Shown piece by piece: positions 48,170 through 55,640 of a DNA stretch of 64,000 nucleotides. The stretch spans positions 807-64,806 of the forward strand of contig CAMEJH010000003.1 in assembly GCA_945919455.1 (NCBI GenBank), in the 5' to 3' direction. The translations under genes were made by a program, and so were the position numbers. Source of the stretch: an uncultured Clostridium sp. Lineage in GTDB: Bacteria; Bacillota; Clostridia; TANB77; CAG-508. The first letter of the stretch is position 1, and each line of letters begins with the position of its first letter. Below the pieces are notes generated by a model. It searched no databases and was not told where the DNA came from. It saw nothing but the letters and a program-made list of their open reading frames with translations.

Positions 48170-48739
48170 ATGGAAGATTCAACAATTTCAATAATAGGAA
48201 TTATAATAGCATCAATATTAATGTTTATAGTTCCACTTGTTTTAATTGCAGACAGGAGTGACGATATATCACATTTAACTGTACAAACTCTTACAGCTCA
48301 ATTTGTTGATAATATTATTAAGCATGGAAAGATAACTAATGAGGATTATGGAAGGTATATTTCATCATTATCTTCTACTGGAAATACTTATGATATTGAA
48401 ATAGAAATAAAAATTTTAGATGAAAATACTGCTCAAAGAGAAACTAATAATGATACTAATGCAGGAATAGGACAAAATTCATATTATTCAATATATACTA
48501 GTCAGATTGAAGAAAAATTAGCGGAAACACAACCAGATCTATCTAACCCAACTAATTCTTTAAATAAAACAGGACAACTAATTTTAAAAGAAGGAGATGT
48601 AATTTCAGTAACTGCTAAAAATAGTAGTAAAACATTATCTCAGACACTAAAAAGCATTTATTATAATATAAAGGGAGAAGATCTTCATATTATAGCGGGT
48701 GCAAGTACTGGAACAATTGCTGTTAATGGAGCAATATAA
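48170..48739 (+). CDS. Pilin-like protein, divergent MEDxT family member (about 189 aa)
   Basis: N-terminus MEDSTISIIGIIIASILMFIVPLVLIADRS. The start is uncertain (TTG 48161 or ATG 48170). The only SD (aaggag, 48131-48136) sits 2 nt before an out-of-frame ATG at 48139. Confidence 0.5.
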   Translation: MEDSTISIIGIIIASILMFIVPLVLIADRSDDISHLTVQTLTAQFVDNIIKHGKITNEDYGRYISSLSSTGNTYDIEIEIKILDENTAQRETNNDTNAGIGQNSYYSIYTSQIEEKLAETQPDLSNPTNSLNKTGQLILKEGDVISVTAKNSSKTLSQTLKSIYYNIKGEDLHIIAGASTGTIAVNGAI

Positions 48740-48743
48740 ATAA

Positions 48744-48781
48744 AAATGGTTATTAGTGTAAATAATCATTTTATTTTTTTA
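48744..48781 (+). terminator. Rho-independent terminator ending the filament operon
   Basis: aaaatggttatt (48744-48755) pairs with aataatcatttt (48762-48773) with one G-U pair, followed by a T-run. Confidence 0.6.
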
Positions 48782-48807
48782 TTATATATAAATAAGGGAG
48801 ACCAACT

Positions 48808-50601
48808 ATGAATATAATTTATACATTAACGACAGTATTAATACTTGTTTTGCATATATTAATATATAAAAAAGAGGAAAAAGAAAATATTATAAAATGG
48901 ATAGTAATAAGTATAATGCTTCTATTTTGTTATAATATTTGTATAAGTGTTATAATGTCATTAATACATATACCGATAAATTTGTTAAGTTTAACAATAA
49001 TCAATATAATAATATTATTATTACTAAGTATAAAGATTTATAAAAATAAAAAAATTCAAAAATATACAATAAATAAAATAGATATTATTGGTATTATAAT
49101 ATTTTCTTTAATTACACTAATAGTAGTAATAAAAGAATACGGAATACCATTAAATATGAATAATTCAATTACAGATGGAGCAGTACATTATTTTGCAGCA
49201 GATGAATTTTATAAATCATCAAAATTACTAGATAAAAATTCAGAAACATTTGATTTTTGGAATTTTTCAACCTTTATGCCAGGTGCATATATTAATACTG
49301 GAATTTTATTTAAAATGTTTTCTGGAATAATTGATGAAATATATTTTTGCAAAATATATTTAATATTGAATGTATTTATTTGGTATTTATCAGGTGTACT
49401 AATGTATATATTATTAAGTAAAGACAAAAAACAAGAAAAGCAAAAAATTTTACCATTAATATTTTCGTTAGTATATATGTTAGCATATCCCTTAAATAGC
49501 TTAATTGCTGGATTCTCATATCTTTCTTTAGCATTAAACTTTATAATTACAATATTAATAGTTACACAACTTAAAATTAATAGTTACTATAAATATATCA
49601 TAATGTTTTTACTAAATTTTGGATTATTCTTCTCTTACTATTATTTTTTGCCAGTAGTATATGTAGCACTATTTTTACAAATAATAATAGATGCAAAGAA
49701 AAATAAAAACAAAATATTTGCCAAAGAAAATATAGTTAATGTAATATATACTTTACTATTTCCGGGATTATTTGGACTGATGTATTTTGAAATATTCCCA
49801 CTTATTACAGCTTCACAAAATCCTATTTCAGAAACTGCTGTAGCTCTTGGAATAGAGGGCAGTATTTATAGCAATTTTATAACAAACATATTAATATTTT
49901 TAGTATTATCAATATGTCAAATAATATACAATTTAAAAAATAAAAAAACAAATATATCAGAAACAATGTTAATTTTAAATCTAATATTTTTAGTAATTAT
50001 ATTTATTGGAATGAAATCTAACATAGTTTCAAATTATTACTATTATAAATTATATTATTTAATTTGGATATTTGTTTTAATTGTAGGATATAATATGATT
50101 GAAACAATAATCTCAAAAGGAAAAATAATAAAGATTGTAGCATATATTTTAACTACAATATACTGTTTGGGAATAGTAATAGCTATGTGTTTTAACAAAA
50201 ATTTTATATTTTTTGATATATATAAAGAAAACCGCAATAATTTAAATTCTGAAATTAAAATAATATATGAAGAGGAATTAGAAGTTATTAAATACTATAA
50301 TGAAAATATTAATATAGATAAGCATAAAGACAGTAAAACATATTTTTGTGTAACACCATATGAAGCTGCTAGAGCATATTGGATATATGCACTTACTAAA
50401 AATCCATTTGACTATATAGATGTGTCATATGGAGAATATGCATATGATTTAAAATGGTTTATAGAAAGTGAGAATAATTATGCTGTAATATTTAAAGAAG
50501 ATTATTTTGGAAACTTTGATGAGATAGATAAAGAAATAGAAAAGGAAGATGTAAAAATACTTTTTAGAAATAAAATGGGAATCATCCTTGAGAAAAATTA
50601 A
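48808..50601 (+). CDS. Large polytopic membrane protein with a C-terminal soluble domain (possible GT-C-fold glycosyltransferase; function unknown)
   Basis: 597 aa with more than 12 hydrophobic segments and an early extracytoplasmic loop containing ITDGAVHYFAADEF. The soluble tail of about 120 aa starts near YKENRNNLNSE. RBS aagggag. Confidence 0.45.
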   Translation: MNIIYTLTTVLILVLHILIYKKEEKENIIKWIVISIMLLFCYNICISVIMSLIHIPINLLSLTIINIIILLLLSIKIYKNKKIQKYTINKIDIIGIIIFSLITLIVVIKEYGIPLNMNNSITDGAVHYFAADEFYKSSKLLDKNSETFDFWNFSTFMPGAYINTGILFKMFSGIIDEIYFCKIYLILNVFIWYLSGVLMYILLSKDKKQEKQKILPLIFSLVYMLAYPLNSLIAGFSYLSLALNFIITILIVTQLKINSYYKYIIMFLLNFGLFFSYYYFLPVVYVALFLQIIIDAKKNKNKIFAKENIVNVIYTLLFPGLFGLMYFEIFPLITASQNPISETAVALGIEGSIYSNFITNILIFLVLSICQIIYNLKNKKTNISETMLILNLIFLVIIFIGMKSNIVSNYYYYKLYYLIWIFVLIVGYNMIETIISKGKIIKIVAYILTTIYCLGIVIAMCFNKNFIFFDIYKENRNNLNSEIKIIYEEELEVIKYYNENINIDKHKDSKTYFCVTPYEAARAYWIYALTKNPFDYIDVSYGEYAYDLKWFIESENNYAVIFKEDYFGNFDEIDKEIEKEDVKILFRNKMGIILEKN

Positions 50602-50652
50602 CTTGAATAAAAACAATATAAATACAAATAATAAATTAAAAGGAGTGAAATT

Positions 50653-51876
50653 ATGAAAACACTCAAAAAAATTAGTTTATTATTTGTATTATTTTTTATA
50701 TTTATATATACAATTTCAATAGAAAATATTCCAAAAACAATATTTATATTTGAAGGAGAAAAAATTAATTTTTCTACATTATGGGGAATACAAATAAAAA
50801 GACAAGACAGTTCAATAGAAACTTCTACTAATTTATCTTCAGATATTTTTGAAAAAGCTGGTAATGAAAAGTTAACAGTAAGTTTATTTAATAAAATTGA
50901 TATAAAAACAATTGATGTAAATGTGATGGAAGAAACAGAGATTATACCAGTTGGAGAAATTGTAGGAATAAAGTTATATACAAGTGGAGTATTAGTAGTT
51001 GGAACTTCTTCAATAGAGAATAAAGATGGAGAGATATGTAAACCATTTGAAAACACAGGAATACAAGAAGGAGACTCTATAATTGCTATAAATCAAAATA
51101 TAGTAAATAATACAGAAGAATTAATAAATGCAGTAAATGAAGCACAAGGAGAGAGTATAAACATAACTTATGTAAGAAATGATGAAGAAAAGACATGTGA
51201 GATAAAACCTGTTAAAGATAAAGATGATAAATATAAAATTGGATTATGGGTTAGAGATAGTGCAGCAGGGGTAGGAACAATAACTTTTTATAATGAACAA
51301 ACAAATAGTTTTGCTGCATTAGGTCATGCAATAACAGATATAGATACAGGGGATATAATAAACACATCATCTGGAGAAATTGACAATGTTAATATTATAT
51401 CAATTGTTAAAGGAGCGAAAGAAGAGCCTGGTAAAATACAGGGAACTTTAAAGAATAATACAGCCATAGGAAATATATATAAAAACACAAAATATGGTAT
51501 TTATGGAGTAATAAAAAATGCAGATGATTTATCAATAAATTATAATAACAAAATGAAAGTAGCGTCAAGGCAAGAAATAAAAACAGGAGCAGCCAAGCTT
51601 CTATGTGGTGTAGATAATGGAATAAAAGAATATGATATAGAAATACAAAAGATTTATTTAAATAATAATTATGATAATAAAAGTATGTTAATAAAAGTTA
51701 CAGATCAAGAACTTATAAATAAAACAGGTGGAATAGTACAAGGAATGAGTGGTTCTCCTATTATTCAAAATGGAAAATTTGTTGGAGCAGTAACACATGT
51801 ATTTGTAAATGATCCACAGATTGGATATGCTGTTTTTGGAGATATTATGATAAAACAATTAAGTGAAATTAAATAA
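50653..51876 (+). CDS. spoIVB: Stage IV sporulation protein B (S55 signalling serine peptidase)
   Basis: Signal anchor, PVGEIVGIKLYTSGVLVVG, a PDZ segment (GIQEGDSIIAINQ), GTITFYNEQTNSFAALGH and catalytic GMSGSPI. Confidence 0.9.
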   Translation: MKTLKKISLLFVLFFIFIYTISIENIPKTIFIFEGEKINFSTLWGIQIKRQDSSIETSTNLSSDIFEKAGNEKLTVSLFNKIDIKTIDVNVMEETEIIPVGEIVGIKLYTSGVLVVGTSSIENKDGEICKPFENTGIQEGDSIIAINQNIVNNTEELINAVNEAQGESINITYVRNDEEKTCEIKPVKDKDDKYKIGLWVRDSAAGVGTITFYNEQTNSFAALGHAITDIDTGDIINTSSGEIDNVNIISIVKGAKEEPGKIQGTLKNNTAIGNIYKNTKYGIYGVIKNADDLSINYNNKMKVASRQEIKTGAAKLLCGVDNGIKEYDIEIQKIYLNNNYDNKSMLIKVTDQELINKTGGIVQGMSGSPIIQNGKFVGAVTHVFVNDPQIGYAVFGDIMIKQLSEIK

Positions 51877-51904
51877 TGAGGGTTCCTATTTTAGGAGACC
51901 CTCA
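51877..51904. terminator. Hairpin between convergent genes (spoIVB and the 51909 gene)
   Basis: tgagggttcct-atttt-aggagaccctca. It shares gagggttcctat...agga.accctc with the hairpin at 9043-9069. Confidence 0.5.
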
Positions 51905-51908
51905 TATT

Positions 51909-52175
51909 TTAGTTGAACACAACTCCAGTTCCGTTTAAATTTTCGCTTTGGACATCATTTATATTATTAATTCCTTCATAACCTAAAAATCTATTAACAT
52001 TTTTTTGCGCAATTCCAGTTTCTGTAGCTATAGTATCTACTGAAGAAAAGCCATTTTGTTCAATATAAGATTTAAATGTAGATAATTCTAAATTATCTTT
52101 ACTAGCACATTTTGGACAGACATCTCCATCATTAGCATAAAAAGCTCCACAACGACTACATTTATTTAGTTCCAT
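51909..52175 (-). CDS. Zinc-ribbon protein of the YvyF / TIGR03826 'flagellar operon protein' type
   Basis: MELNKCSRCGAFYANDGDVCPKCASKD followed by a helical HTH-like region (SVDTIATETGIAQKNVNRFL). This resembles B. subtilis YvyF. The start at 52175 is preferred (RBS agaaagga). Confidence 0.55.
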   Translation of the reverse strand: MELNKCSRCGAFYANDGDVCPKCASKDNLELSTFKSYIEQNGFSSVDTIATETGIAQKNVNRFLGYEGINNINDVQSENLNGTGVVFN

Positions 52176-52279
52176 AAGATCAGATCCTTTCTCTAAAGTA
52201 TATTCTGGCTGCATTTTATCATAAAAAGAAGAAAATAGAAAGGGGTTTTAAAAAATATTTAAAAAATTTATAAAAATCC

Positions 52280-52308
52280 TTGACAAAATTTAAATAATAT
52301 CTTATAAT
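52280..52308 (+). promoter_or_regulatory. Consensus sigma-A promoter for the tRNA-Gly pair (TTGACA-17-TATAAT)
   Basis: TTGACA at 52280-52285, a 17-nt spacer, then TATAAT at 52303-52308, about 20 nt before the first tRNA. Confidence 0.65.
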
Positions 52309-52327
52309 CTATAAATGTCAGGGAAAT

Positions 52328-52401
<74 letters not shown>

Positions 52402-52429
52402 AAATCCTGACAATTATAACTTCATATAT

Positions 52430-52503
<74 letters not shown>

Positions 52504-52506
52504 GAT

Positions 52507-52533
52507 AAAACAAACGGGAAATCGTTTGTTTTT
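52507..52533 (+). terminator. Rho-independent terminator after the tRNA pair
   Basis: aaacaaacg (52508-52516) pairs with cgtttgttt (52523-52531), followed by a T-run. Confidence 0.85.
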
Positions 52534-52609
52534 ATTATTTTATATGTAGAAATACATATCCTTACTCATATGTATGTGTGAGTTGAATATCCAAGAGGAG
52601 GTGAATATA

Positions 52610-52888
52610 ATGAACAAATACGAAAGTGTTATCATTATTAATCCAAATTTAGACGAAGCTGCATTAAAAGCTTTAGAAGAAAAATTTACAGGATTAATTA
52701 ATGAAAATGGAAAAGTAGAAAATGTTGTAGATATGGGAAAAAGAAAATTAGCTTATGAAATAAAAAAATTCAAAGAAGCATTTTATGTACAATTTGAATT
52801 CGAAGCAAAACCAGAATCTATAAAAGAAATTGAAAGAGTTTATAGAATTACAGATGAAATTTTAAAATTCATTACAATAAGAAAATAG
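52610..52888 (+). CDS. rpsF: 30S ribosomal protein S6
   Basis: MNKYESVIIINPNLDEAALKAL and KRKLAYEIKKF. RBS gaggaggtg supports 52610 over the track start at 52574. Confidence 0.95.
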   Translation: MNKYESVIIINPNLDEAALKALEEKFTGLINENGKVENVVDMGKRKLAYEIKKFKEAFYVQFEFEAKPESIKEIERVYRITDEILKFITIRK

Positions 52889-52938
52889 TTAGGAAACATA
52901 GGGGCCTGAATTAAAGTAGAAAGGTAAAGTGATAAAAT

Positions 52939-53361
52939 ATGAACAAAGTAATTTTAATGGGTAGATTAACAAGAGACCCAGAAGTAAGATATACACAAAC
53001 AAATAATACAGTAGTTGCATCATTCTCATTAGCTGTAAACAGAAGATTTGTAAGACAAGGAGAAGAAAGACAAGCAGATTTTATAAATATTGTTGCTTGG
53101 AGCAAATTAGGAGAGTTTTGTAGCAAATACTTTAAAAAAGGTCAACAAGTAGGAATAATAGGAAGAATTCAAACAAGAACATGGGACGATGATCAAGGTC
53201 AAAAACACTACGTTACAGAAGTAGTTGCTGAAGAAGCATATTTTGCAGATAGTAGAAGAGATGGAGAAGCTTCAAGCTCTTCATTTGAAAATACATTTGG
53301 TAATACAGTACCAGGAGGAGCAGATTTTGAAGTATCTTCAAGCGATGACCTACCATTTTAA
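52939..53361 (+). CDS. ssb: Single-stranded DNA-binding protein
   Basis: MNKVILMGRLTRDPEVRYT OB-fold N-terminus and an acidic tail ending DDLPF. Confidence 0.95.
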   Translation: MNKVILMGRLTRDPEVRYTQTNNTVVASFSLAVNRRFVRQGEERQADFINIVAWSKLGEFCSKYFKKGQQVGIIGRIQTRTWDDDQGQKHYVTEVVAEEAYFADSRRDGEASSSSFENTFGNTVPGGADFEVSSSDDLPF

Positions 53362-53381
53362 AACAAGGAGGGGAATAGAAA

Positions 53382-53669
53382 ATGGCTGATAAGAACAAAA
53401 AAAGAAATAATAAAAATAATAATAACTATGATGAAGATTACAATCCAAAGTTTAGAAAACAAAGAAAAAAAGTTTGCGTATTATGTAGTGACAAAAACTT
53501 TGAATTAGATTATAAAAATCCTGAACAATTAAAGAAATTTATTAATGATAAAGGAAAAATCTTACCAAGAAGAACAACAGGAGCTTGTGCTAAACATCAA
53601 AGAGACATAACACTTGCTGTAAAAAGAGCTAGACATATTGCTATATTACCATATGCAGCAAAAGATTAG
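53382..53669 (+). CDS. rpsR: 30S ribosomal protein S18 (with an Asn/Lys-rich N-terminal extension)
   Basis: [61 protein letters not shown]. Confidence 0.95.
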   Translation: MADKNKKRNNKNNNNYDEDYNPKFRKQRKKVCVLCSDKNFELDYKNPEQLKKFINDKGKILPRRTTGACAKHQRDITLAVKRARHIAILPYAAKD

Positions 53670-53730
53670 AAAAAATGTGGGGAAAACTAACAGTGGAATT
53701 TATTCCAGAGTGAGCTTTCTCCATTTTTGT

Positions 53731-53913
53731 TTAGTTATATAAATTTCTTTCATATAAATCTTCAATAAAAACATCTTTTTCTTCAAAATTATCAATAAAA
53801 CCAACTTTAGCAATATTATCATTTACACCTTGTATCCACACAGGGCGTTCATCATAAAAAATATCAACTTTCTCTTTGTTATTTAAAACACTTTGAACTC
53901 TATCAAGTTTCAT
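53731..53913 (-). CDS. H-type small acid-soluble spore protein (SspH-like)
   Basis: 60 aa. KVDIFYDERPVWIQGVNDNIAKVGFID...DVFIEDLYE parallels B. subtilis SspH (VTYNGVPVYIQHVNEE...). RBS gaggtgg. Confidence 0.6.
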   Translation of the reverse strand: MKLDRVQSVLNNKEKVDIFYDERPVWIQGVNDNIAKVGFIDNFEEKDVFIEDLYERNLYN

Positions 53914-54028
53914 ATAACCACCTCGTAAATAATTATATACATAAAAATATTAATTATTCATTTAATAAAAAAATCGTTTGACTTATTATGTAGAATAATG
54001 TAAAATATATCTGTGGAGGAAGAAAAAA

Positions 54029-55312
54029 ATGGTTGAAAGAAAAACGTTTTTAGATACATTACAAACAACAATTAGGCAACTAGAAAAAGAAGGAATAATA
54101 ACAAAGGAACAATTAGAAGAAAAAATAAATGTGCCTATTGAATGGTTGTATAGCAGTGGGATAGATAGGAAAGTTTTAACCAAAACAATGGATAATATAT
54201 GTAAAATGATAAATCCTGTATATAAAAACTCAGTAAAAAGGGAATATGCAATTGACCATATAAGAATTTCCGAAAGACTAGACAGAATTATAATAGAAGT
54301 ACCAGGAAGAGATGATTGGACATATTTTTGCTTATCTGATGAAAAATTTCATAAAAAAGGAAAAATAGCATATTTTAGTAGTGAAGAATTTATTCAAGAA
54401 ATACATAAAACAATGAAAGAAGCAAAACAAGAAAGACTAAGATCAAAAATAGATTCTATATCAACAGAAGATTTAACAGAAATTATAAGTGTAATGTTTG
54501 ATCAAAGACAAAAGGAAAATGAATTAAAAGGATTATCAATATCATTATCAGAAATGATAGAAAATTTTGGAGAATATTATAAATATTTGTGTAATGAAAA
54601 GCAACAAATTAGAAATGAGCTACAAGAAGAAGGACAGATTATTTCAGGAGGACTAATAGAACAAGATATAGATCAAAGAAATTATGGAGCAAAAACAAAT
54701 GGTGAATTATCCGAAAAAACTGAAAGAAAAAATGAAATTTATCCATTTGAAGAAAGAGATGAAATATTTAGAAGACTAAAGCCAATAAAAATAATATCAT
54801 TTGACTCAATAGATGAAAATAGACAAGTGCAAAAGGGAACATATATGAGCTATGTTTATAAGAACAATAGAGAAAATGGAGGATATTTTTTGATTTCTGA
54901 GCCATACCAAGGAGATAAATCTTGTAGAGCAGTGTATTTAACAGATGAATATATAGAAAATATGCAAGATGGAGAAAAAAATTCGAGTTTTTGGGTGGAT
55001 ATAGCAAGAGCTTATTTAGAAATGTCAGGACAAGAATTTCATGATGAAAATGGAACATATACTTTTAAACATAGAGCGTTAGATACATATGCAGCAAGAA
55101 TGAAATATATTGTTTCAGGAGAAGTTGACAAAAATGTATCTAAAAGTGTAATATATAGTGCAAAAATGAATTTAGCTCAATTATTTGGAATAGAGATAAA
55201 TAAAGGAAAATTAGGCAAAATTGTAGAAGGAGTTACCAAAAGCGAAATAGATGCAGCAAGAGCTGTTGTTACTCCTAGAACATTAGAAAATAATGTAGGA
55301 GGAAGAGAATAA
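54029..55312 (+). CDS. Hypothetical protein (427 aa)
   Basis: RBS ggaggaag. No motif recognised. Its stop overlaps the start of the next ORF (TAATG). Confidence 0.5.
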   Translation: MVERKTFLDTLQTTIRQLEKEGIITKEQLEEKINVPIEWLYSSGIDRKVLTKTMDNICKMINPVYKNSVKREYAIDHIRISERLDRIIIEVPGRDDWTYFCLSDEKFHKKGKIAYFSSEEFIQEIHKTMKEAKQERLRSKIDSISTEDLTEIISVMFDQRQKENELKGLSISLSEMIENFGEYYKYLCNEKQQIRNELQEEGQIISGGLIEQDIDQRNYGAKTNGELSEKTERKNEIYPFEERDEIFRRLKPIKIISFDSIDENRQVQKGTYMSYVYKNNRENGGYFLISEPYQGDKSCRAVYLTDEYIENMQDGEKNSSFWVDIARAYLEMSGQEFHDENGTYTFKHRALDTYAARMKYIVSGEVDKNVSKSVIYSAKMNLAQLFGIEINKGKLGKIVEGVTKSEIDAARAVVTPRTLENNVGGRE

Positions 55313-55590
55313 TGTCAGATACAAAAGAAGATTACAGAGAAGCAATATCAGAAACATTAGAGATATTGCAATTTGCAGATGAAGAAATAATAAACAAAAT
55401 ACCATTAGAAGTATTGCAAAAATTAAATTCTCAAAAATCAATAACATATATACCTAAGTTCAAAGAAATTGAGGGAGTTAGTGAAGAAAAAATAAGTAAA
55501 AAGGCAAAAGCAATATTAGCAGTATTATATCGTGATTATATATGTACAGAAGAAGAAAAAATAGAATTTGATAAAAAACAGTACCAGTAG
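55312..55590 (+). CDS. Hypothetical small acidic protein (92 aa), translationally coupled to 54029..55312
   Basis: The ATG overlaps the upstream TAA. RBS ggaggaagag lies within the end of the upstream gene. Confidence 0.45.
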   Translation: MSDTKEDYREAISETLEILQFADEEIINKIPLEVLQKLNSQKSITYIPKFKEIEGVSEEKISKKAKAILAVLYRDYICTEEEKIEFDKKQYQ

Positions 55591-55640
55591 AGGTAAAAAA
55601 ATATTTAAGTAAAGAGCATTAAATGAGGAGGAAACAAAAA

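Noticed and set aside
48139-48264. 41-codon out-of-frame ORF (MLVFLLTIVIYGRF...) starting 2 nt after the AAGGAG upstream of the last pilin-like gene
   Set aside because: The SD-ATG spacing is too short, and the product has no similarity to the family. I keep it only as a caveat on the start of the 48170 gene.
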